Of a DNA stretch of 64,000 nucleotides, positions 40,346-49,743 are shown piece by piece. Both the position numbers and the translations under genes were made by a program. This stretch comes from an uncultured Spirochaetales bacterium (GTDB lineage: Bacteria; Spirochaetota; Spirochaetia; SPDA01; CAZSGZ01). The stretch spans positions 15,559-79,558 of the forward strand of contig CAYTSI010000002.1 of NCBI GenBank assembly GCA_964440465.1, given 5' to 3'. Each line of letters starts with the position of its first letter. The stretch's first letter is position 1. The notes beneath the pieces are model-generated. The model saw only the letters and a list, made by a program, of their open reading frames with translations. It did not search any database and was not told the origin of the DNA.

Positions 40346-41369
40346 ATTAGGCATTTTCCTTTTTTTCCTTCTGCCCTCTTTCTGTTCAGCCGACATTCTC
40401 GAAGCGGCTGTAGAAGAGCAGCGCGCGGGTAACCATTCCCGGGCCGCCGAGCATTTCGAAAACTGGCTTCCGGAACATGCCGACAGTGAAGAACTTCCCG
40501 AGGTCCTTGCTCTCTATTTCGAATCGGTCCGGGACCCGCGGAAGGCGCAACAGGTCCTGCGGGAAGTCCAGGCGGGATGCACGAACAGGGAAAACAGTGC
40601 AATACTTCTTTTTCACCTTGCCTTTTTGCAGGAAATGACGGGAAACATCTCCGATGCTCAACAGATGTTTGAATTTTCCAATACGCGGTCGACAAAAGCA
40701 GCGGATATTTCTAATTTTTTTCATTCCATCAGACTTCTCATATCAATGGGGGAGTTCGGCAGGGCGGAAGCGCAGACGAAGGCAATTATTACCACCGCCG
40801 GAGACAGTATGCTCAGCAGCCGGGGAAAGCTTTTTCTGTCCTATATTACATATCTAACGGGTAAGTTGAAGGAAGGGGAACGCCTTCTTTCAGAGACACA
40901 CGCCTATATTGAAAAAATGTCGGCGGCTGACGTGTATCTTTTTTATACCCTTTCCGAAATGTACGGCCGGGCACAATTCTCCGATACAGCGAGGGAACTG
41001 CTGTCGTCAAAATACGGCGGCAGCATCGAGTCTGCCGCGGCGGAAGAGGGGAGTACCGTCGTTATCGGACCGTCACTCCATCATTTCCAAGTATCGTCCG
41101 TTCAGCGGGAAGAAGAAAAAGAAAATCGGGTCATGCAAGACAGCGGTACGGTGCGTATTCAAACCGGAATATTCGCAAAACGGGATAACGCGGAAACACT
41201 GGTAGTTGCGCTCGGGCAAAACGGTTTTTCCGCGGAGACGGTGCGGGTTGACCGGGAAGGCCCGCCGTTGTACAAGGTCGTTTCTCCACCACTGCCGGCA
41301 GAGAGTTCCCAGGAATATATTCTTCAGCTGAAAGAAAAGGGGTTTGAAGGGTTTCTACTCTTCCCCTGA
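40332..41369 (+). CDS. SPOR-domain protein with signal peptide and helical region
   Basis: Signal KLGIFLFFLLPSFCSA. C-terminal SPOR-like fold (VRIQTGIFAKRDNAETLVVALGQNGFSAETV...YKVVSPPL). Confidence 0.55.
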   Translation: MKPSKLGIFLFFLLPSFCSADILEAAVEEQRAGNHSRAAEHFENWLPEHADSEELPEVLALYFESVRDPRKAQQVLREVQAGCTNRENSAILLFHLAFLQEMTGNISDAQQMFEFSNTRSTKAADISNFFHSIRLLISMGEFGRAEAQTKAIITTAGDSMLSSRGKLFLSYITYLTGKLKEGERLLSETHAYIEKMSAADVYLFYTLSEMYGRAQFSDTARELLSSKYGGSIESAAAEEGSTVVIGPSLHHFQVSSVQREEEKENRVMQDSGTVRIQTGIFAKRDNAETLVVALGQNGFSAETVRVDREGPPLYKVVSPPLPAESSQEYILQLKEKGFEGFLLFP

Positions 41370-42917
41370 TACCTCATTCACTTCTTCCGTTTCGTTCCGT
41401 TCATACCGCACATACAGCCGGGAAGTTTCCCCGAAGGGTTGAAAGCCGGACACACCAATTTTGCCGGGAGTAAGCGTTAGTTTGTAAATAGTTATTTGTT
41501 CGGTGAAGTCGACGGTCTGTTCGAGAAGATACCGTTTCGATTCGGCAACCGTATTCGATTCACTTAGGACCTTGATATTAAGGATCGTGTCGCCTTCGAT
41601 ATCATACATCGAATATTTCCCGCGGAGGGGAGTGCCGCCGGTTCTCATTTCAATGAAGGGACGCGCGAAGAGTATGCTGTCTCCGAATGAATTTTTGTAC
41701 TCCCCGCGTACTTCTTCGGGAGAGAGCACCACGCCGGTGTGAGAATACATTGCGTCCGTTACAACGCCCGCCTGGGCGGGACCGTGCAGACGGGTAAACG
41801 TACCGTCCCACATAAAATTACTTTTCGTGAAATCCCTGTCATTTATCTCGATTTTTATTACATCCATGCTTTCGACGTAAATGGAAACGTACTTCTTTAT
41901 AAACGGCACCATTTTATTGGTAACGGATATATAAATACTGTTGGGAATTCTCGTCCGGTGGGAGCTTTCCCATTCATACAGCTCCTGAATGTCTTGGGAA
42001 AAAAAGACAATTTGTCCCTCATCCGGGTTGAAAAATATGGTGGTCTGCTGATTATCGTCTTCCGGGCCGGACGTAATCCACGGTCCTGCCAAAAAATCCT
42101 CAAAGGCTTTCGTGTCCTTTGTAAAAAGTTCACGGAGCTGGGCTGCTTCGATTATTTTCCCGGGAATATACTCCACCTTTCCTTTAACGTACCTGTTTTC
42201 CTGATATTTCCAGTAATATTCTTCACGGACCAAGTCCATGATATTTTCCGTGTCCCTGTCTTGGGAGAAGGTGATAATCGGAAAGCTGCGGCCGTTCCGC
42301 TGGCCTTGTTTGTACGCCTGGCTCCGTTCATACTCATGAATATCGATGCTTCCGTCGGCCGTAATGGAGCATATGGAGGTGTAATACAGACCGACCCCGG
42401 ACGGGGAAAAGGTCTGCCGGTAGATGTCGAGACTCCTCAACCCTTGCTTATCGATTCCGGAACAGAGGATTTCCAGTTTGTGATCGCCGATAATATCGAT
42501 AAAACTGATAATAAAGTTGCGGACATTTGTCGCGTTGGTAACAGCTTCCCAGGAAAGAACATACTCGTTTGAAATCTCGTCGAAATCAATCAGCTTCAGT
42601 ATTATTTCTCCGTCCGGATTGTTTCTCATTTTTCCAAATATAATTTGCTCGTCCGTTTGGTCAAGATCGAGGTTTTGATTGATTATTTTTGCCGGCAGAA
42701 ATTGTTCGTCAAGGTCGATAAGCGGTCCTACGTCGAGGCCGCCGCTATCGGTAGAAAAAGTGCCGCTTTGCTGTTCCCCGGCATTCCTGTTCCGTTCCGC
42801 CGCAGTTATTTCCCTGGGGACCGGCGGGGGAGAAGAATCGGAGGTGGGCCCCGAAGGTCCGCAGGAAAGGAGCAGGACCGGGAGGAGAATGGCGGGTACC
42901 GTAATTAATTGTCTCAC
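41355..42917 (-). CDS. hypothetical lipoprotein
   Basis: Lipobox LLLSCGPSG followed by a Pro/Ser-rich linker. 520 aa. Last gene of a four-gene minus-strand cluster. Confidence 0.5.
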   Translation of the reverse strand: MRQLITVPAILLPVLLLSCGPSGPTSDSSPPPVPREITAAERNRNAGEQQSGTFSTDSGGLDVGPLIDLDEQFLPAKIINQNLDLDQTDEQIIFGKMRNNPDGEIILKLIDFDEISNEYVLSWEAVTNATNVRNFIISFIDIIGDHKLEILCSGIDKQGLRSLDIYRQTFSPSGVGLYYTSICSITADGSIDIHEYERSQAYKQGQRNGRSFPIITFSQDRDTENIMDLVREEYYWKYQENRYVKGKVEYIPGKIIEAAQLRELFTKDTKAFEDFLAGPWITSGPEDDNQQTTIFFNPDEGQIVFFSQDIQELYEWESSHRTRIPNSIYISVTNKMVPFIKKYVSIYVESMDVIKIEINDRDFTKSNFMWDGTFTRLHGPAQAGVVTDAMYSHTGVVLSPEEVRGEYKNSFGDSILFARPFIEMRTGGTPLRGKYSMYDIEGDTILNIKVLSESNTVAESKRYLLEQTVDFTEQITIYKLTLTPGKIGVSGFQPFGETSRLYVRYERNETEEVNEVSGEE

Positions 42918-42922
42918 AGATA

Positions 42923-43903
42923 TTATGTAAAATATTTTTCAAGCATTTGCAAGACGTTTGCCCGTGCTTGTTCAAAAGAGTCACGGCATTTAAATCCGGC
43001 CGCGGTTTTATGACCGCCGCCGCTGAAGGTCTGGGCTATTTCGGCAACATCGATATTACCTTTCGATCTGAGGGAACAGCGCCGGACCCCTTCGGTATTT
43101 TCCTTAAAAAAAATGGAAACTTTTATGCTTTCACTTTTTAAGGGCATGTTGATAAACATTGCGGCCTCTTCATAGGAGGCGTTGCATTCATCAATCATTT
43201 CTTTTCGCAGTGTCTGTATGGCCACATGGCGGTCAAATGTGAGCTCTAACGTGGCAAGTACCTTCGATTGAAGAACGAGGGATGATACTGAATTGCTTTC
43301 ATAAATTTTCTGATAGATGAAATTCGGATTTACCCCTTTCCTGACAAGTTCATATGCGATAAGAAAGGTTTTTTCGGTCGTCTTCGGATAAATAAAGGAG
43401 CCGGTATCGTACACAATGCCGACGTACAGGGCATTTGCAATATCTAACGATACGCGCACCCCCATCCGGATAAAAACATCATAGAGGATTTCACACGTGC
43501 TGGAGGCTTCCTCGAGTATACAGTTTTCCGTTTCCGCGTCTTCTGCCTGATGATGATCGATAATGATGCAGCTCTTGACCCGGGGAAGAACAATGTCCCG
43601 AATCTGGCCGATATTATTGATATCGTTGGTGTCGAGGATAACTAGCACCCGGCCGGCGGGGTCGATATCAAGATGCCGCTCATGTTCCAGCACGACGATT
43701 GTTTCTTCGGGATCGAGAAACTGGTAGGAATGAGGCATCGGATCGGCATTGAATACAACACAATTTTTACCCAGCTGTTTCAGCGCGCGATACAAGGCCA
43801 TTTCGCTGCCGATCGCGTCACCGTCGGGTGTTTCATGGGCTGTTAGTATAAAATTGCTGTTCGAATTCAGTACGTCCACAAGGGAAGCGAGGCGGTCCGC
43901 CAT
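42923..43903 (-). CDS. nrnA: DHH/DHHA1 phosphoesterase (NrnA-like nanoRNase / pAp phosphatase)
   Basis: DHH motifs HETPDGDAIGS, ILDTND and IIDHHQ. DHHA1 GGGHKTAAGF. Confidence 0.8.
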   Translation of the reverse strand: MADRLASLVDVLNSNSNFILTAHETPDGDAIGSEMALYRALKQLGKNCVVFNADPMPHSYQFLDPEETIVVLEHERHLDIDPAGRVLVILDTNDINNIGQIRDIVLPRVKSCIIIDHHQAEDAETENCILEEASSTCEILYDVFIRMGVRVSLDIANALYVGIVYDTGSFIYPKTTEKTFLIAYELVRKGVNPNFIYQKIYESNSVSSLVLQSKVLATLELTFDRHVAIQTLRKEMIDECNASYEEAAMFINMPLKSESIKVSIFFKENTEGVRRCSLRSKGNIDVAEIAQTFSGGGHKTAAGFKCRDSFEQARANVLQMLEKYFT

Positions 43904-45016
43904 TTACTGTTCCTTTCCGGTAAGGCAGGACCCTTTTTTTATAACTTTCCGCTGTTTAATGTCTGATTTTGCAGCACCCCAGCCGATACACGAAGCCGGC
44001 TCCATAACGGTCCCTCCGGGGACCTCGATGTCGAAACCGATAACGGAAAGACCCGAATGGACCTGTTCGGGATAGTCCTTGTTGACCGCTTTCGACATTC
44101 CACCGATTATAGATTTGTCGCCGATTGTCGTTCCGGGAGAAGGTTCGAGGGTGAAGGGCAGCAAAACGGCGTTTTTAACTACAGCCTTTTTCCCAATGGT
44201 GTGGCCGGGAAAAATAACGCTGTCAATTATTTTTGCTCCTTCCCGTACGGTAACGTTTGTAAAAAGAAAGGAATTTTCTACATAGCCGTCAATCCTGCCT
44301 CCGGGTGAAAACAGAGAGTTTTTAACCGAACCGGTTCTCCCGATTTCCGAGTCTTTGGGCTTTCTTTCGTACAGGCGGTGCAAATCGGGATGCAGAAAGG
44401 TAGGGGCGTCGACACATTTCCGGTAACTGTTGTACAGACTGTAAATTGTAGTATGCAGAAATAGGGTGCCGGAGATTTCCCGCTGGTCGGTAAAATGAAG
44501 AAGAAGATGGGCAAAGAGTCCTTCCGCTGTTCTGTCCCGTCCTTCCTTCCGAAGGGAAGAAAGAACATTCGAAAAAAACCGGCCGGTGCAGAGAAACAAA
44601 TCAACGGGGACCGTGCCGACGGAGCACTTGATTAATTGTGTATCGGCGAGTGTTTTTATCATGTTCTGAAGACTGCCGCTGTCGAGGGTTAAAAGCGAAG
44701 ACATGTTCTGGATAATGAGGGAGGCCGGGTCTTTTTTCAGGATAACGTCGATTACCCGCTGAATGTCGTGTTCATAGGGAATAATATCAATATCGATACT
44801 GTAGTCTTTTATTTTATCCTCTAGTACCTTTACCCGCTTCGGCACGGTAACGATCCCGCAATGTGCCGACGGAAAAGAAAGAATATTAGCGGCGGAGATT
44901 TCCAGACCTGTAAAGCCGCCCGCCGCCGGAAGGTCTGAAAAAAAGTAACCCGGCGGAAAACCGGGACAGTCCGTAAATGTACCTGTATCGAAGAGAAGAT
45001 AATATGTTACGGCCAT
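43904..45016 (-). CDS. GlgC/GlgD-like nucleotidyltransferase-family protein with C-terminal left-handed beta-helix; N-terminal NTP-binding motif degenerate
   Basis: C-terminal hexapeptide-repeat region resembling ADP-glucose pyrophosphorylase (SVKNSLFSPGGRIDGYVENSFLFTNVTVREGAKIIDSVIF). No GxGxRL loop found at the N-terminus. Confidence 0.4.
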   Translation of the reverse strand: MAVTYYLLFDTGTFTDCPGFPPGYFFSDLPAAGGFTGLEISAANILSFPSAHCGIVTVPKRVKVLEDKIKDYSIDIDIIPYEHDIQRVIDVILKKDPASLIIQNMSSLLTLDSGSLQNMIKTLADTQLIKCSVGTVPVDLFLCTGRFFSNVLSSLRKEGRDRTAEGLFAHLLLHFTDQREISGTLFLHTTIYSLYNSYRKCVDAPTFLHPDLHRLYERKPKDSEIGRTGSVKNSLFSPGGRIDGYVENSFLFTNVTVREGAKIIDSVIFPGHTIGKKAVVKNAVLLPFTLEPSPGTTIGDKSIIGGMSKAVNKDYPEQVHSGLSVIGFDIEVPGGTVMEPASCIGWGAAKSDIKQRKVIKKGSCLTGKEQ

Positions 45017-45019
45017 ATG

Positions 45020-46411
45020 TTATACTGCCTTAAAATACAGTTCTTTTTTCAGTCCGGACTTTGCCTTCGCGGTAATTTTTTCACCTAAAACGGAGCCGGG
45101 CACATCGTCCGGCAGGGTAAACCACTTCGTATCAAGGGAAGAAAGTGTAAGCGCGTCGCCGCTGTACCTAATTACCGCTACTGTTTTTTCCCCTTTTTCA
45201 CGGACAACGACATAACCGGCGCCGTCACGGTCGAGGTAGATACTCTCTCCTTCTGCCAGTGTAATCGGCGCCGCCTGGGCGGGGCGGTTGTCGATATACA
45301 GTCTGAATTCACAGGGTTTATTTTTTTTCACGCGCAGCAGCAGCAGTACCGCCCCTGCCGCGGCGGCGAGAAAAAGGAGGGCGATAACGGGAATTATCCA
45401 AATGTTGCTGCCGAAAAACCCTTTCACTTCAATTGTTACATCTGCCTGAGCGGGGGTAAAAACAGTCAGCCCCTGAAAGGTAAAGGTGAGGGTTGTATCG
45501 TATGTTCCCGGCGCGAGGGCCTGATCGATGGTAATGGGAATTTGTATTTCTTCCGCGCCTTCTTTCGGCAGCGTATATGAACCGCCTTCCGCGAGTACCT
45601 CGTTTTCTACACCGGAAGCATGGAAATCGGCGATAATCCTGTTTAATACGATTTCCTGCTCACTCGAATAACCCTGAACCGAAAGCGGAACGGTCAGTAC
45701 GCTCTTCCCGTGTTTGTCCGGCGGCCGGACACGCGGCGGAGACGTTATTGTAATTGTACCGAAAAGGTCTTCGGTTTTTTCGGTAATTTCCTCCTGCGTC
45801 GGTTCTTCACTGGTTTCGATATACCCGCCGGAGAGCTGTTCCGCGAGTTCTTTCGCGGCGGAGGCGGTACCGATCCCTAAAACATGGATTTTCCAGCCTT
45901 CTTTCTGGATGGTCCGTGCGTTTTCCAAAAACGCGTGGTTGAAGGTGCCGTCGGGAGAATAATATTTACTCTCCTCGGGCGCCTCCTGCTTTCCGTCGGT
46001 AACAAGGAGGAGATATTTCCGCCGGTCCGGCTGTTCATAGTTTTCGATGGCCGCTTTCAGGGTGTCTAAAGCGTTTCCGATATCGGTATAACTCCCGTCG
46101 GCGGCAAGGGAGCCGATTATCCGCTTGAATTCGAGTTTTGCATCTGTTCCCGCCGTGTCCTCCGCGATAAGAACTTCAGCTTTGCCGTAGAACTGTATGA
46201 CCACGAACCTGTCACCCGGTATGAGGGTATCTTCGATAAGTGTGTCGATAACATAATTCTTGACGGGACCGATCTCTTCCTCCATGGAAAGAGATTTATC
46301 CAAAACAACGAAAATGTCGATATTCTCTTCCCGTTGGTCGGAAAATAGTGAAAAAATGGACACGAGGGATAGAATTACACCTAAAACCATATACTGTATT
46401 TGTTTATTCAT
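45020..46411 (-). CDS. von Willebrand factor A domain membrane protein (vWA-TM-cytoplasmic domain)
   Basis: N-terminal signal/TM. MIDAS DKSLSM...TDG. Internal TM IWIIPVIALLFLAAAAGAVLLLL. About 110-aa C-terminal domain of unknown type. Confidence 0.65.
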   Translation of the reverse strand: MNKQIQYMVLGVILSLVSIFSLFSDQREENIDIFVVLDKSLSMEEEIGPVKNYVIDTLIEDTLIPGDRFVVIQFYGKAEVLIAEDTAGTDAKLEFKRIIGSLAADGSYTDIGNALDTLKAAIENYEQPDRRKYLLLVTDGKQEAPEESKYYSPDGTFNHAFLENARTIQKEGWKIHVLGIGTASAAKELAEQLSGGYIETSEEPTQEEITEKTEDLFGTITITSPPRVRPPDKHGKSVLTVPLSVQGYSSEQEIVLNRIIADFHASGVENEVLAEGGSYTLPKEGAEEIQIPITIDQALAPGTYDTTLTFTFQGLTVFTPAQADVTIEVKGFFGSNIWIIPVIALLFLAAAAGAVLLLLRVKKNKPCEFRLYIDNRPAQAAPITLAEGESIYLDRDGAGYVVVREKGEKTVAVIRYSGDALTLSSLDTKWFTLPDDVPGSVLGEKITAKAKSGLKKELYFKAV

Positions 46412-46475
46412 ACTCCGCCCCTTCTATAGTATGAGAATACCATAGGATGGGAAAGTAAAAAAGCAGAAAAAACGC

Positions 46476-46489
46476 AAAAAAAAAAAAAA
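46476..46489 (+). repeat. A14 homopolymer in divergent intergenic/promoter region
   Basis: acgcAAAAAAAAAAAAAAcatacTTTACA read directly. Lies 67 nt upstream of the 46557 ATG and 65 nt upstream of the vWA start on the other strand. Confidence 0.9.
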
Positions 46490-46556
46490 CATACTTTACA
46501 TTTAGCCCACCTTATTGTTAAGCTGTAACTGAATACAATCGTAAGGAGAAATAGAT

Positions 46557-48611
46557 ATGGGAAGTGTAGATCTGCCTAAAAGCCCGATGGTATTTCATCC
46601 GGAAAAACGGAGCGCTGTAGGGTCTCGTAACTCCTTGGCACAAGAAAGCAGAGATCAGCAAAAAGAAGTCGACAGACTGTTAGAGGAAGAGGTCGACAAG
46701 GTCATAAATCATATAAATGCAAAACTGCCAAGAGAAGTGCTCGAGCGTCTGGATGTCATGGGCGGGTTGAAAGAAAAGTTGTACAACTATTTCAACCAGA
46801 ATTACCAAAACATGTTTAACCGTTACATCACTACTACAGAGGATGAAATGGTTAAAAAAGTCAGGAACTATATCGACAAGGAGGAAATGAAAGTCCTCAC
46901 GCGGTATACTCCGAAGGAGATCGCCGAGCTTCTCGATCAGGTCGGCGGCATGGACAAGTTTAATACCGGTGAAATTGAAAAATCCGTGGTGAATATGTAC
47001 GGTCACCTTCAGGGTCACATCCAGCGCGGGCTGAACGACCTTGAAAACCATACAAACTCCCTTCTCCGGCAAAAAACCGATGTCGGTGCTTTCATACGGG
47101 GTGAAAATGCCTATTCCATCGTCAAGTGTTCCTTTAAGGACAACATCAGGAGACCGAAAACCGTAACCGACGTCAAACTGTCGGTCAATATCCTCGATTC
47201 CGAACTCATCAGTCCTATTTTTCACTATCAGGTAACCGTTGAATATCTGGTAAAAGACCTGATTTCGAAAAACATCATGGACACCATCGATAAGGAAATC
47301 GAAAAATACAAAGACGAACTTATCGATGAAGGAAAGGAAGAACCGAACGACAGCGAAATTATCTTCGAAAAGATGAACAGGGTAACGGATCACACCGACG
47401 ATGATCAGGACAATCCCAAATCGAAACGATATAAATACCTCGCGAAAGATTTGATGGACAGGATCGAAGGATTACGGGCTGAAATTGATCCCGAAGAATT
47501 TGACGCGGCCAACATCAGAGAAAACATAAAAGAGATAATCGACATCGAAAATATTCGTAATAGGGGATACAACACTGCGATCAATTCTATTACCAGTATC
47601 CTCGACACGTCCAAAATGGGATATCAATTTGTCGAGAATATGAAAAACACCCGGGAATTGATTCTGCGGGAATACGAAGACACCGATCCGGAACACCTTC
47701 CGGACGAGCGGTACCAACTTACGCTGAAGTATTACGACAACGCTCAGCTGAACGAAGAACGGAAAGCCTACGATGTCATGATCCAGTCCTTTCAGGTAGA
47801 AACAAGCCATCTCTGGGATGTTCTTGAAATGGTGTATGTCGACTCAAAATTTATGAAAGGAGTTGTCGATTTCGACGATTTGGCACGGAAATACAAAAAC
47901 AAGATTAAAAAGAAAATCAAAATGAAAACCGGCGATCCTCTATATGAAGATATCGAGAAGAGCTGGGATGAAATTTCGTTCGTGAAACCCGCTGAAACAA
48001 AAGTCGAACAGCTGAACCGGACTTTTCAGTTTGAAAAGGACAAGGAAAAGCGAAAAATGATCCTCATGAAAGACAAACTGCAGGAGATGTACGGTTTCCG
48101 GTACCCGATCCAGCGGAGAGTTATGGAAGACCGCTTGTCCTTCCTCGAACGGGAGTTCAACAAATTCGATTATATCATCAATCCGTATCACATCCAGCCG
48201 GGGCTCTTGTTAGACGTGGACATTACGTCGATTAAGCGGAAAAAGGCGACCCTCGACGGCATGGCAAACGTGTTGAATGAATTTCTCCATGGAGTATCGA
48301 AGGGTTTCCAGGACGCCGCTTTCGCGTCATTCTCCAGAAGAAGGTCCACCATCCGTGACGACATTGAAATGAGTTTCTCCACGGACATGGAGGGAGAAGC
48401 ACAGGCGCCCGGTCAGAGCTACCTCGATATGCTGAATGCTCCCGCGGAAAGTGAATCCGTTGAACCTTCAGAGATGGTCGAAGAATCAGTACCATCCCCG
48501 CCGAAACGAAAAAGCAGCACAAAGAAAAAAGGTGTAGTAGACTCCGGATCCAAATCGCGGAGAGGAAGAAAACCGAAAAAAAGTTCGGGTGACGAACTGA
48601 AAACTCTGTAA
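46557..48611 (+). CDS. highly charged coiled-coil protein, candidate cytoplasmic filament protein CfpA-like
   Basis: 684 aa (about 79 kDa), E/K/D-rich, long predicted helices, Lys-rich C-terminal tail. AGGAG RBS 8 nt before the ATG. Followed by a strong intrinsic terminator. Neighbouring ppdK echoes the T. pallidum cfpA neighbourhood (TP0746-TP0748). Assignment is from memory of size/composition/context only. Confidence 0.45.
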   Translation: MGSVDLPKSPMVFHPEKRSAVGSRNSLAQESRDQQKEVDRLLEEEVDKVINHINAKLPREVLERLDVMGGLKEKLYNYFNQNYQNMFNRYITTTEDEMVKKVRNYIDKEEMKVLTRYTPKEIAELLDQVGGMDKFNTGEIEKSVVNMYGHLQGHIQRGLNDLENHTNSLLRQKTDVGAFIRGENAYSIVKCSFKDNIRRPKTVTDVKLSVNILDSELISPIFHYQVTVEYLVKDLISKNIMDTIDKEIEKYKDELIDEGKEEPNDSEIIFEKMNRVTDHTDDDQDNPKSKRYKYLAKDLMDRIEGLRAEIDPEEFDAANIRENIKEIIDIENIRNRGYNTAINSITSILDTSKMGYQFVENMKNTRELILREYEDTDPEHLPDERYQLTLKYYDNAQLNEERKAYDVMIQSFQVETSHLWDVLEMVYVDSKFMKGVVDFDDLARKYKNKIKKKIKMKTGDPLYEDIEKSWDEISFVKPAETKVEQLNRTFQFEKDKEKRKMILMKDKLQEMYGFRYPIQRRVMEDRLSFLEREFNKFDYIINPYHIQPGLLLDVDITSIKRKKATLDGMANVLNEFLHGVSKGFQDAAFASFSRRRSTIRDDIEMSFSTDMEGEAQAPGQSYLDMLNAPAESESVEPSEMVEESVPSPPKRKSSTKKKGVVDSGSKSRRGRKPKKSSGDELKTL

Positions 48612-48616
48612 TTATA

Positions 48617-48654
48617 AAAACCTATTTCCCTTCGGGGAAATAGGTTTTTCTTTC
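48617..48654 (+). terminator. rho-independent terminator
   Basis: AAAACCTATTTCCC-ttcg-GGGAAATAGGTTTT perfect 14-bp stem followed by TCTTTC. Confidence 0.65.
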
Positions 48655-48680
48655 ATACCGATTTTACAAAGGATACAAAT

Positions 48681-49721
48681 ATGGTTGCTGCACAAAAGAA
48701 ATATGAGAACCTGAGTACGAGGGAGGGATTTAACGACTCCCTGCTCCATTTCAGGGCCGTATCGTCTATTTTAGGTGACTTTGAAGGGAAGACAAATCTT
48801 GCAGACCTTGTCCGCGAGCTTATCGATGACAAGAAAATTACAATTCCACAGATAGATGCAATCGTTCACGCTCTCCTCGTCGACAAATACGGATATTTTT
48901 TCAGGTCAGTTAACTTTGAAAAAAGTCTTACTGATTTCAGTACGATTAGTGCTGAAACAAAAAAATGGAAAGCCGTCGATGTTGTAATTGCTTATTGCCA
49001 TCCTGAATTAGGCCTTACCCTGATAAATCCGAAAAACGAAGACCATTTTGAAGCGGTTACACAGTTGAAGAAGGACGAACTCGCCGTTGTTTACGCCGGG
49101 GCCTTTGATAAGGAGCTGGATAAAAAAACAGCCGATACCGCCCTCGATACAATGCTCGCGCTTTTGAACGGAACGTCGAAGAAAACTCCTGCCGCCCTGT
49201 TAAAGGGAAGTTTTTCTTACAAAAAGAAAGAAAAGAAAGCAGCAGTGCCGGAAAAGGCGAAAAAATCCACCCGGAGCAAATCGGCCGCGAAGGCGGCCCC
49301 GAAAGCCGCGGCAGCCGGCACCGGGGCGAAAACGCCGGAAAAAGCGGCAAAACCCGCGGCGGCGCCTGAACAAGCAGCTTCATCCGGACCGAAGCGGATG
49401 ACACCGATGTATTCCGTGCCGGTAACAAACGAGCTCTTTCACAATGGAAATGTAGAAGCATGGAAACGGATTATTCAGAGCTATACGGCGAAACATCCGG
49501 ACTGTGAAGTTCTCGTTTTCTACGACGGTGAAAGGATCCACGACATCAACACCCTCTTTAAATGGGGGAAAGTAAAGCACGGCAGCGCGATTTTGTTTGC
49601 CGTTGTCGGTGCCGAGATAAAGGATGTTGCAAAATTGCAGAGATACCTTCAGCAGGGTGCGAGCCACCGTTTTGAAGATTTTCTGAAATTTCCTGTAAAT
49701 CAAATAATCGATCTCTTTTAG
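48681..49721 (+). CDS. hypothetical protein with histone-H1-like Lys/Ala/Pro-rich internal linker
   Basis: Two globular halves separated by KKEKKAAVPEKAKKSTRSKSAAKAAPKAAAAGTGAKTPEKAAKPAAAPEQ. Confidence 0.5.
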   Translation: MVAAQKKYENLSTREGFNDSLLHFRAVSSILGDFEGKTNLADLVRELIDDKKITIPQIDAIVHALLVDKYGYFFRSVNFEKSLTDFSTISAETKKWKAVDVVIAYCHPELGLTLINPKNEDHFEAVTQLKKDELAVVYAGAFDKELDKKTADTALDTMLALLNGTSKKTPAALLKGSFSYKKKEKKAAVPEKAKKSTRSKSAAKAAPKAAAAGTGAKTPEKAAKPAAAPEQAASSGPKRMTPMYSVPVTNELFHNGNVEAWKRIIQSYTAKHPDCEVLVFYDGERIHDINTLFKWGKVKHGSAILFAVVGAEIKDVAKLQRYLQQGASHRFEDFLKFPVNQIIDLF

Positions 49722-49743
49722 GAAATTGGAAACGAGGAAATCT

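Noticed and set aside
46680-47393. 237-aa minus-strand ORF antisense to the cfpA-like gene
   Set aside because: Shadow ORF. The sense strand has strong RBS and terminator support.
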